From contig JAWLEP010000055.1 in the NCBI GenBank assembly GCA_041686025.1, positions 1 to 15,667 on the forward strand: a stretch of 15,667 bases of DNA, read 5' to 3'. Of the stretch, positions 1-7,744 are shown piece by piece. The translations under genes and the position numbers were made by a program. The stretch comes from Candidatus Fermentibacteraceae bacterium (GTDB lineage: Bacteria; Fermentibacterota; Fermentibacteria; Fermentibacterales; JCC-6). Within the stretch, counting starts at the first letter, position 1. Every line of letters starts with the position of its first letter. The notes beneath the pieces are model-generated. The model did not search any database, had not been told where the DNA came from, and saw nothing but the letters and a program-made list of their open reading frames with translations.

Positions 1-129
1 TTGGTCTGCCTCGCCGTGCAGTATTGCAAATGCCTGTTCCAGGGGGCTGGGAGTGGTCTGGGCGTCCTCTTCCGCGGGCAGGGGGGCCGACATGGCCAGC
101 AGAAGGGCTATAGCTGTGAGGTGTCTCAT
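1..129 (-). CDS. N-terminal fragment of a secreted hypothetical protein (runs off the window start; not in the ORF track)
   Basis: Manual translation from ATG at 129 gives MRHLTAIALLLAMSAPLPAEEDAQTTPSPLEQAFAILHGEADQ..., open to base 1. It has a Sec-type signal peptide (basic N-terminus, hydrophobic core, likely cleavage after ...PLPA). A GGAGGG Shine-Dalgarno lies at 135-140 on the minus strand. Confidence 0.8.
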   Translation of the reverse strand, partial: MRHLTAIALLLAMSAPLPAEEDAQTTPSPLEQAFAILHGEADQ

Positions 130-310
130 TGCGTCCCTCCGTATTTAGGGTCCTGATGGGAGCATAGTCCGTTATTGTGCATCCGGTAAGGCGGAGGTCT
201 GAGGGAAAGGGTCACGGAGTACTCGGGGGAGGGCGTGCCCTTGGGGGCATCTGCTTTGCGGAATATCGACTGTGGCGCATTGAGGGCCTTTCCCATTGTT
301 CGCTTTCCTG

Positions 311-341
311 AGTCTAATCTGGACAATGGGGGGGGCGTCAA
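311..341 (-). promoter_or_regulatory. Putative sigma70-like promoter for the leftward secreted-protein gene
   Basis: Minus strand reads TTGACG (341-336), 19 nt, TAGACT (316-311). The spacer is longer than the canonical 17 and contains a C8 run (G8 at 328-335 on +). Confidence 0.4.
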
Positions 342-362
342 GTGGCTGGATTGCAGCGGCTT

Positions 363-400
363 GGGTACACTGATTCACTTGTGCTCAGGGTACACTGTTT
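363..400. repeat. Direct repeat GGGTACACTG(A/T)TT x2, possible operator
   Basis: GGGTACACTGATT at 363-375 and GGGTACACTGTTT at 388-400; 12/13 identical, starts 25 nt apart. Confidence 0.55.
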
Positions 401-873
401 GATATATTTGGCGGGCTATTTTCGACCTTGCTTATGCAGAAGGTGTGTCGGAGGTACCCTAACTACATCCAGTTTCTGCTCTTCCAGACGCCATTCTATG
501 CTGGGAATAGGCGCAGTTGATCATACTCAATGGAGTATTACGGGTCTTGAGTATGCTTCTGACTCAACCAGCAGTACTCCAATTATTCTAACTCCTCAGT
601 CAGATCAAGACACTGCGCACTCATATTCATAGGATGAATCGTCGATTGACTCTTCTTCATGGACGTTCAATATCCCTGCGAAAAGTATATACATACGCTG
701 TGTTCTAATAGAGAGACCAGGTCGGCTAATCAACTTGTCTCGAATACTTCGAAGTCTCGTTAATTCCATATGGTTGAGAACGCCAAATGAGTCAACTTAA
801 ATCCGCTGCATGCAGTTCTATGGAATAACACGATGTGCCGTAGTATCGAGTAGCGCCAATGGCTATATCGGCA

Positions 874-904
874 TTGACGTTATGCGGCATTGTCCGGATA
901 TATT
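874..904 (+). promoter_or_regulatory. Putative sigma70-like promoter of glnA
   Basis: TTGACG (874-879), 19 nt, TATATT (899-904), ending about 30 nt upstream of the glnA ATG at 934. SD-like GAAAGGTG at 921-928. Confidence 0.5.
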
Positions 905-933
905 TGTCAAACGCAAACCGGAAAGGTGCCAAT

Positions 934-2265
934 ATGGGGAATGGGCGTGACGCCATACTGAGGCGGTGCACCGAGGAGAGCGTGCACTTCATCCGGCTGC
1001 AGTTCACCGACATCGACGGGATCATCAAGAACGTGGAGGTGCCGGAGAGCCAGTTCGAGAAGGCCCTGGACGGCCAGGTGATGTTCGACGGGTCCTCCAT
1101 CGAGGGCTTCACCCGGATCGAGGAGAGCGACATGCTCCTGGTCCCCGACCTGCAGACCTTCTCCGTCTTTCCCTGGGACACCGGAAGGGGGCGGGTGGGG
1201 AGGCTCATCTGCGACGTGGCCCTGCCCGACGGCTCCCCCTTCGAAGGCTGCCCCCGGACCGCGCTGAAGCGGATGGTGGTCAGCGCCGAGGAGGCCGGCT
1301 ACCGGCTGATGGCGGGCCCGGAGGCGGAGTTCTTCCTGTTCAACAGAAACGAGCAGGGCGACCCCATCGCCCGGACCCACGACCATGGCGGGTACTTCGA
1401 CCTGACCCCGGTGGACCGGGGCGAGGACGCCCGGAGGGACATCGTGCTGGCCCTTGAGGCCATGGGCTACGAGGTGGAGGCCGCCCACCACGAGGTGGCC
1501 CCCGGACAGCACGAGATCGACTTCCGCTACGAGGACGCGGTGACCACGGCCGACAACATCGTCACCTTCCGGTTCGTGGTGAAGAAGGTGGCCCTGGGAC
1601 ACGGCCTCCACGCCACCTTCATGCCCAAGCCCCTGGCGGGGGTGGCGGGCTCGGGGATGCACACCAACCTCTCGCTGTTCGACCTGCAGGGCAAGAACGT
1701 CTTCCACGACCCCGAAGGCGCAAACGCTCTCTCACCGGTGGCCCGGGGCTTCATAGCCGGGCTGCTGGACCATGCCCGGGCCTTCGTGGCGGTGACCAAC
1801 CCGCTGGTTAACTCCTACAAGCGGCTGGTCCCCGGCTACGAGGCCCCGGTGAACGTAGCCTGGTCGGAGAAGAACCGCTCGCCCCTGGTGCGGGTGCCGG
1901 CGGCGGACGGCGAGGGCCGCCGCTGCGAGGTGCGGGTGCCCGACCCTTCCTGCAACCCCTACCTGGCCCTGGCGGCGCTGCTGGCCTCCGGCATGGACGG
2001 GGTGAAGCGGGAGCTGGACTGCGGCGAGCCGGTGAACAAGAACATCTTCGACATGAGCATGCGGGAGAAGCGGCGGCGGAAGATCACCCAGCTGCCCTCC
2101 AGCCTGCAGGAGGCCCTGAGGAAGCTGAAGAGGGACTCCGTGCTCCGGGAGGCCCTGGGGGAGCACATCTTCGAGCACTTCCTGCTGAACAAGCAGCGGG
2201 AGTGGGACAACTACATCCAGGTGATACACGGCTGGGAGCTGGACCGCTACCTGGACATGTACTGA
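934..2265 (+). CDS. glnA: Glutamine synthetase type I (GSI-alpha-like), 443 aa
   Basis: Motifs FDGSSIEGF, ESDM, GPEAEFFLF, HHEVAPGQHEI, ATFMPKP, GSGMH, NSYKRLVPGYEAP, NRSPLVRVP and EVRVPDPSCNPY. Start moved from 859 to ATG 934 because of the SD, the onset of high-GC codon usage and the typical GSI-alpha length. Confidence 0.95.
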   Translation: MGNGRDAILRRCTEESVHFIRLQFTDIDGIIKNVEVPESQFEKALDGQVMFDGSSIEGFTRIEESDMLLVPDLQTFSVFPWDTGRGRVGRLICDVALPDGSPFEGCPRTALKRMVVSAEEAGYRLMAGPEAEFFLFNRNEQGDPIARTHDHGGYFDLTPVDRGEDARRDIVLALEAMGYEVEAAHHEVAPGQHEIDFRYEDAVTTADNIVTFRFVVKKVALGHGLHATFMPKPLAGVAGSGMHTNLSLFDLQGKNVFHDPEGANALSPVARGFIAGLLDHARAFVAVTNPLVNSYKRLVPGYEAPVNVAWSEKNRSPLVRVPAADGEGRRCEVRVPDPSCNPYLALAALLASGMDGVKRELDCGEPVNKNIFDMSMREKRRRKITQLPSSLQEALRKLKRDSVLREALGEHIFEHFLLNKQREWDNYIQVIHGWELDRYLDMY

Positions 2266-2271
2266 GGTCCC

Positions 2272-5200
2272 TCAGCGCAGCAGGACGGCCTTTCTGCAGA
2301 CGGTGCCCGCCGCCCAGCCCTCTACTCGGATGACGTACATGCCGCTGGGAAGGCCGCCGGCGCCTTCCAGGTCAAGGGAGGTGGTCCCGGGGGGCAGCGG
2401 TCCCGTCTCCAGCCTGCGGGCCAGCCTGCCGTCGGTGGAGTAGACCTTCACTGTCACCCCGTCCCCGCGGGGGCTCTCCAGCGTGACGCAGGCGGTGAGC
2501 CGGGAGGCAGGGGACGGTATCGCCAGGGCATCGCCGCCGCGGGCCTGCGAGGCGACCCGGAGGCCGTTGTTGGTCTCGTCGGACTCGGCAATCCTGTTGT
2601 CGGGGTCGGCCACCAGAAGCACCTCTCCGCCGGAGGTCCGGCCCGGAATCGGAATGCTCACCGGCGTCATGCCCCGCCTCAGCGGCACTGCGGCAACCCC
2701 CAGCAGCACCTCGCCCCGGTAGGCGGCCACTTCGATCCGCTCCTCCGGGCCGTCTGCGGCCCGGGCCGTTCGCTCCGGGCAGGCCGGGACTGCAGCCACC
2801 GGGGAGCCGGGCATACCGGTGGATTCCGGGGCCTCGCCGGTCGTGTAGGGCGACACCTCCACCACTGCGGCCAGGGCGGGTCTTCCGGTTCCGCTCAGCG
2901 GTGCCGCGGCGGACGGGCGCAGCCGTATGTCCAGCTCCGGCGCCGCCGACTCCCCGTCGGGGTCGGCCAGGAACCCGGTCCTTCTGGGGTTGGCCTGGTA
3001 CATGCTCCATCCCCCCGGGGCGTAGTCGTACTGGGAAAGATCGAAGAGCACCGCCCGGCCGGAGTTGTCCACCTGCAGTACCTCAGCCGCACCGTCTCCG
3101 TCCAGGTCGCAGACCAGGGGGGAGGCCCAGGAGGCGTCCCGGGAGTAGGCGGGGAACCCCGGCACCGTACCGTCTGCCAGCTGGGGGTCGGCACCGGTGC
3201 AGAGGGTGGAGAAGCCCGTCATCACAGCCGAGGGGCCCGGGCTCGAAGAGACCATTCCCGTGGCCGCCTGGGACTTTATGTCCGCCCCGCCCCCGCTGGC
3301 TATGGGGTTGAAGGGCACGGTGGGGCCCTCCCAGGCCAACGTTCCGTCCTCGATGTCCCATGCCGTCAGCACTCCTTCGGAGTCGAACCCGCCTCCGTTG
3401 AGCATGTACAGCACCTCCAGGCCGGAGTCGGAGTCCACGTTGCCCAGTGAGGGGCCGGTCATGTTGCCGTAGAAGTCCCTGCCCGTCACCCAGTCCGTCT
3501 GCCAGGCCAGGTCGATGGATGCCGTGTCTCCGGGGGTTACGGTGCAGAGGAAGACCTTCTTGTAGTCGCTGCAGAAGGACTGGGGCTTCGCGGCCCCCGC
3601 CAGGTACAGCACCCCGTCGCCCATGGCGGCGGCCAGCGTCCCGAAGGCTCTGGCCGTGTAGCCCCCCGTGTTCAGCTCCTCCAGGTTTCGCCAGACCGTT
3701 TCCACGGCGCCCCCGTCCCCTATGTCCAGCAGCAGGATCTGCGTGCCGGGGGGGTCCGGGGCGAAGTTCGTAACGAGTATCTCTTCGCGGCCGTCGCCGT
3801 CGAAATCCGCTGCAGTGGGGGGAGCGAAGAAGCCCCCCTGCAGCTGCAGCGGGAAGTCCTCCGAGAAGGCCTCCCACTCGTCGGTCTGTCCGTTTCGCCG
3901 CCACAGGTAGAGGTGGGGTGCGCCCCCGTCGTCGCCCCGGGTCCTCAGGGCTATCTCCAGCTCCGGCGTGGAGTCCGCCTGCAGCAGCACGGGAGCGGTT
4001 CCCGCAACCGGGGTGGCCAGCTCCTGGTTGCCGCCGCTGGCGGCGATCTCCCGGCAGGTCCAGGTGGAGCTGGGCCTGCTGAACAGCAGTATGGACACCC
4101 GCTGCTGGTCCGGGACGGCGATCTTCTGCTGAACGGCCACCACGATGTCGCTGCGGCCGTCACCGGTGACGTCACCGGCGGCGCTTCCCAGGAAGCGGTC
4201 GTAGTCGTAGCCCGCAGGGGGATCCAGGGCCTCCGTCCCACCGTTGCGGTCGGCGATCCAGACCTTTCCGAAGGAGGATGTGATGGCCACCTCCAGAGCG
4301 GGGTCGCTATCCAGGTTCGCAGCCAGGGGGCCGGCTCCCGTGGCGCCGCCCAGCAGAAGCGGCCATCCGTCCACGGCGGGGCAGGTGGTGGAGACCCCCG
4401 CGTCCGCCGGCGAGCTCTCCCGGCGGGCGGCGTCCACCGCCGTCAGCCGCACCGTGTACTCCGTCCCCGGCTGCAGTCCCTCCAGCTTCACCTGGCGGAC
4501 GGGGACCGGCAGCGGGTAGACCCTGTCGGGGTCGCCCCCCTCCATCAGGTAGACGCAGTAGCCTGTGGCATCCAGGTAGCCCCCGTGCTCCCAGGCCAGC
4601 GAGACGTAGTCGGCTCCGGCCTCGGTGACGCAGATTTCGTGGGGGGGATCGATGGCGGCAGCCTGCAGCGAGTCCGCCAGTTGTACGTTCACCTCCCCGG
4701 CGGAGGAGGTTCCCGACGGGGTCACGGCCACCAGGTGGAACCCGCATCCCGGAAACCCGTCCCGCAGCCAGCGTGAGGTGCTGTCCTCAGGGGTCACCTG
4801 CAGGGTGAGGGTGCCGGCCGCCTCCGCGGCAGTGTTCGGAGGTATGCCGACCACCTCCACCGTGTCGGCTTCAAAGGGGGCTGCGGGGCTCAGGCCGCCG
4901 GCGGTAAGCAGCACCTCTGGGTCGCCGGCCAGGCCGGTGTTGGCCACCACCATTCCCTGCAGGCTGACCTCCACCACTCCTCCCTGGGCGCTGACTCCCG
5001 GGTCGCAGACGGTGAGCTGGTACTCGGCCGACTCCACCGGCAGCGTGAAGCTGCAGGAGCGCTGGTATCCTCCGCCGGGGCCCTGGAAGGAGAACACCGC
5101 CTTCAGCTCCACCAGTGCCCCGGCCGGGGCAGAAGGCGATACCTCCACCTCCATGGGGTCCAGGGCCTCCGCCTCACCGTCCGGGGCGATGTCGGGAAAG

Positions 5201-7554
5201 GCCGAGCCGTCGTCGGGTATCGAAGCGATGTACTGGCTGCCCGACTCCACGGAGAGCTGGGCGGTCACTGCGGTGGCGGTTTGTCCACCTGTGTTCCGGG
5301 CCTCCAGGAGGATCTCCACGGTCTCCCCCGGGGCCGCCGCGCCGTCTCCGGACCCGTCCACCAGGGCCTCTGAAAGGGACACCAGGGGCGCCTGGATGGG
5401 AAGGATCTCCACCGCTGTCTGCCCGGGGACGCAGGCGTCCACGCTGGTCCCCGCGCCCTGCGCCACCCTCCGTCTGAGGGCGGTTACGGATACGGGCCCG
5501 CCCACCGAGCCGTCCATGGCGCACACTCCATCGATGGAGGCGGTTCCGTCGGCCCCGGTGCGGCGGACCGAGAACACCTCGTCGCGCTTCCAGACGCAGA
5601 CCAGGGCGCCGGGGACCGGCTGGCCGTCGTCGGTGACCAGGGCGGTGACGGTGACCGTGTCCCCCTCCATGGCCAGCAGGGGGGAGGCGGTGACCTCCAG
5701 CTGGCGGGGCTCGCCCCGCCACACGTGCAGCAGCGGTGGGCCCAGGTGGTTGAGGAACATGTAGGAGAATCCGCTGCGGTTCTTGGAGACCCGGAAGGCC
5801 TCCCCCAGGAAGCTCAGGGGCCAGTGCAGCGACTGGGACCCGAACATCTCCGCGGTGTAGCCGGTGGCGAACAGGGCGTCGCAGAGGACGTAGGCGCTGC
5901 CGATCTGGTCGTGCAGGCCGCCGCGGGGGTTGGCTATCGCGGCCAGCAGGCCGGTCTCCGGCGAGGTGAGGATTCCCGACTCCACGAAGCAGGCGGCCCC
6001 GTCGAAGTGGCCGGCGTCGCAGCCCAGCGTCCACAGCACAGAAGGCTCTCCCGCGTTGGCCATGGTGGCGAAGTCGGAGTCCCACAGGAACTGGTTCAGC
6101 GTTCCCTTCCCCGCCGTCCCCAGCTTGTGCATCTCCGAATGGTCGGCGTGGATCACCACGGAGTACCCGTCGTCCATTGCCTGCAGGGCGCTGTTGCGGT
6201 CCAGGTCGCCGGCGGGGAGCGAATGCGGGTAGTACAGCTCGGTGGGTTCGTCGAGGAACTGCGGGATCGAGTAGCCGCTGAGCATCTCCGTCAGGGCCAT
6301 CAGGTCGTCGGCGCCGCTCCCCTGGGGGTTGTTGGAGCCCAGCAGCAGCATCTTCCTGGCGAACCCCCCGGAGGGCGGGGAGGTCTCGTAGAGCATCAGC
6401 TTCCCAAGCAGCGCATCCACTTCCTCCGGCGCGCTCACCGGCCATCTGCCGGTGCAGAGGTCCAGGTATCCCATGGTGGACTGGAGGGTCCATCCGGAGC
6501 CGCCCGAGGACCAGACGCCGTCCAGGTCCCCGTAGTAGTCGTCGGAGGGCAGGCAGTAGGAAGGGAAGGGGATGGGCAGGTACTTCCAGCCGGCGGCCTC
6601 CCGGATGGGCACGGTTTCGGCATCGCCGCCCAGGAGGACGAACTGGACCCCCCAGCGCTGGTGGGCGTCACGAAGGAAGTTGCGTATCCGCTCCGGGGTG
6701 TCGCAGCCGCTGTAGCGCTGGCCGATCCACTCCACCGTACGGACTACGGTAACCATGCCCCGTGCCGTCCTGTAGTCGGCCAGCTGGCCGAACGCCTCCT
6801 CCAGCTCCCCGGAGGTAACTATCACCATGTCCACGCAGTCCCCCTCCGGCGAGGGCGCCTCCGTAACCTCCAGCCTGGGGGTCGGTCGGACCAGGGGCGC
6901 CCTGGGCACCTGGCCGTACATGCCGGTGTCCGCCGGATTGGAGACCAGGGCCTCGATGGCCCTGCGGCGGACGCCGGCGCAGAGCTGCGACTCCCTTTCG
7001 GGGGCCACCGGCTCCCTGCCCGTGGGGGAGCAGTGCAGGCGGTAGTCCACAGACTCCAGGACCTCCAGCCTTCCCTCCCGCGGCAGATAGCGGATGGGCC
7101 AGCCGCAGAGGGTGACCACTGAGTAGCCGCCGGCGAATCCCTGCCTGAGCACGGAGACCGGCTTTTCCGGATAGGGTTCGGGCCCCGCATAGAGCGCCGG
7201 GTCCGGCGGAACGAAGCCGCTTTGCTCGGGGCCGGACAGCTGGACCGGAAGGGGGCTGCAGCCTTCGGCCAGGGACGCCCAGCGCGCCGAGAGGACGGTG
7301 ATGGAGTCCACCCGGGTGGCCGGCGGCAGAAGGAAGGACTCGGTTTTGAAGGGCAGGGAGGGAGCGCCCGCAGGGGCGGCGATAACGGGGCTGCCGTAGC
7401 CGGGGACCGATACCCTGAGGTAGACTGCGTCCCCCTTATCCACGGCCTCCAGAGACACCCTCTCCACCGCCGTCGTGGGACGAAGGGGGACCTCGAGGAT
7501 CTCCGCTCCGGCCATCGACAGCACCGTCAGGGCCAGTACCGTCGCCGTATTCAT
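2272..7554 (-). CDS. Large secreted multidomain C25 (gingipain-like) cysteine peptidase with FN3, FG-GAP/VCBS repeats, a CARDB-like domain and a T9SS-type C-terminal domain, 1760 aa
   Basis: Signal peptide and a Propeptide_C25-like region (GAPSLPFK...LLPP). C25 core: DMVIVT, ERIRNFLRDAH, FVLLGGD, SDDYYGDLDG, GRWPV, His in IHADHS, Cys in TLGCDAG. FN3: VSLAW...LEGLQPGTEYTVRLTAV. FG-GAP-type repeats: GDVTGDGRSDIVV, ADFDGDGREEILV, CDLDGDGAAEVL. Also WSMYQANPRRTG, CARDB-like VADPDNRIAESDETNN, and CTD VKVYSTDGRL...LPSGMYVIRV...KAVLLR. SD-like GAAGGGG upstream. Confidence 0.85.
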   Translation of the reverse strand: MNTATVLALTVLSMAGAEILEVPLRPTTAVERVSLEAVDKGDAVYLRVSVPGYGSPVIAAPAGAPSLPFKTESFLLPPATRVDSITVLSARWASLAEGCSPLPVQLSGPEQSGFVPPDPALYAGPEPYPEKPVSVLRQGFAGGYSVVTLCGWPIRYLPREGRLEVLESVDYRLHCSPTGREPVAPERESQLCAGVRRRAIEALVSNPADTGMYGQVPRAPLVRPTPRLEVTEAPSPEGDCVDMVIVTSGELEEAFGQLADYRTARGMVTVVRTVEWIGQRYSGCDTPERIRNFLRDAHQRWGVQFVLLGGDAETVPIREAAGWKYLPIPFPSYCLPSDDYYGDLDGVWSSGGSGWTLQSTMGYLDLCTGRWPVSAPEEVDALLGKLMLYETSPPSGGFARKMLLLGSNNPQGSGADDLMALTEMLSGYSIPQFLDEPTELYYPHSLPAGDLDRNSALQAMDDGYSVVIHADHSEMHKLGTAGKGTLNQFLWDSDFATMANAGEPSVLWTLGCDAGHFDGAACFVESGILTSPETGLLAAIANPRGGLHDQIGSAYVLCDALFATGYTAEMFGSQSLHWPLSFLGEAFRVSKNRSGFSYMFLNHLGPPLLHVWRGEPRQLEVTASPLLAMEGDTVTVTALVTDDGQPVPGALVCVWKRDEVFSVRRTGADGTASIDGVCAMDGSVGGPVSVTALRRRVAQGAGTSVDACVPGQTAVEILPIQAPLVSLSEALVDGSGDGAAAPGETVEILLEARNTGGQTATAVTAQLSVESGSQYIASIPDDGSAFPDIAPDGEAEALDPMEVEVSPSAPAGALVELKAVFSFQGPGGGYQRSCSFTLPVESAEYQLTVCDPGVSAQGGVVEVSLQGMVVANTGLAGDPEVLLTAGGLSPAAPFEADTVEVVGIPPNTAAEAAGTLTLQVTPEDSTSRWLRDGFPGCGFHLVAVTPSGTSSAGEVNVQLADSLQAAAIDPPHEICVTEAGADYVSLAWEHGGYLDATGYCVYLMEGGDPDRVYPLPVPVRQVKLEGLQPGTEYTVRLTAVDAARRESSPADAGVSTTCPAVDGWPLLLGGATGAGPLAANLDSDPALEVAITSSFGKVWIADRNGGTEALDPPAGYDYDRFLGSAAGDVTGDGRSDIVVAVQQKIAVPDQQRVSILLFSRPSSTWTCREIAASGGNQELATPVAGTAPVLLQADSTPELEIALRTRGDDGGAPHLYLWRRNGQTDEWEAFSEDFPLQLQGGFFAPPTAADFDGDGREEILVTNFAPDPPGTQILLLDIGDGGAVETVWRNLEELNTGGYTARAFGTLAAAMGDGVLYLAGAAKPQSFCSDYKKVFLCTVTPGDTASIDLAWQTDWVTGRDFYGNMTGPSLGNVDSDSGLEVLYMLNGGGFDSEGVLTAWDIEDGTLAWEGPTVPFNPIASGGGADIKSQAATGMVSSSPGPSAVMTGFSTLCTGADPQLADGTVPGFPAYSRDASWASPLVCDLDGDGAAEVLQVDNSGRAVLFDLSQYDYAPGGWSMYQANPRRTGFLADPDGESAAPELDIRLRPSAAAPLSGTGRPALAAVVEVSPYTTGEAPESTGMPGSPVAAVPACPERTARAADGPEERIEVAAYRGEVLLGVAAVPLRRGMTPVSIPIPGRTSGGEVLLVADPDNRIAESDETNNGLRVASQARGGDALAIPSPASRLTACVTLESPRGDGVTVKVYSTDGRLARRLETGPLPPGTTSLDLEGAGGLPSGMYVIRVEGWAAGTVCRKAVLLR

Positions 7555-7599
7555 AGAGAGCTACCCCTTCTGCTTTCGAGAGACAGCTACATGAATACG
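7546..7599. repeat. 9-bp inverted repeat (CGTATTCAT / ATGAATACG) covering the C25 start codon
   Basis: 7546-7554 and 7591-7599 are perfect reverse complements. The 36 nt between them hold the SD and a near-direct repeat, AGAGAGCTAC (7555-7564) / AGACAGCTAC (7581-7590). Confidence 0.55.
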
Positions 7600-7647
7600 A
7601 CAGGAAGCCCGGCTCGGCCAGCGGGGTTCCCCCAATACCGTCCCGCC

Positions 7648-7674
7648 TTGCCTTCCGCCGTCGGGGGTTATAAT
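7648..7674 (+). promoter_or_regulatory. Putative promoter for the S9 peptidase-cobO-OMP unit
   Basis: Perfect TATAAT at 7669-7674 in a GC-rich background. TTGCCT at 7648-7653 gives a suboptimal 15-nt spacer. Confidence 0.4.
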
Positions 7675-7744
7675 CGATGGTACGACAACACCGACAACGG
7701 GATCCATGGGACGAACGGACACTGCCTACGGAGGTTGGCCGCAG

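Noticed and set aside
130..310. Riboswitch (cobalamin or c-di-GMP) in the leader of the leftward gene; also considered for 7600-7745 upstream of the cobO unit
   Set aside because: Only isolated words (GGGAA, GCAAAGC and a small TGCCC/GGGCA hairpin) are present. The conserved cores and their order are not recognisable. An Rfam scan would settle it.
342..632. 96-aa plus-strand ORF in the AT-rich segment
   Set aside because: It has no SD, non-host codon usage and no recognisable motifs.
859..933. 25-codon N-terminal extension of glnA in the ORF track
   Set aside because: It overlaps the predicted promoter, has atypical AT-rich codons and lacks an SD. ATG 934 has an SD and gives the normal family length.
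2262..2275. CTGAGG-TC-CCTCAG dyad at the glnA/C25 convergent junction as a terminator
   Set aside because: The stem is short, partly produced by the two facing TGA stops, and has no U-tract.
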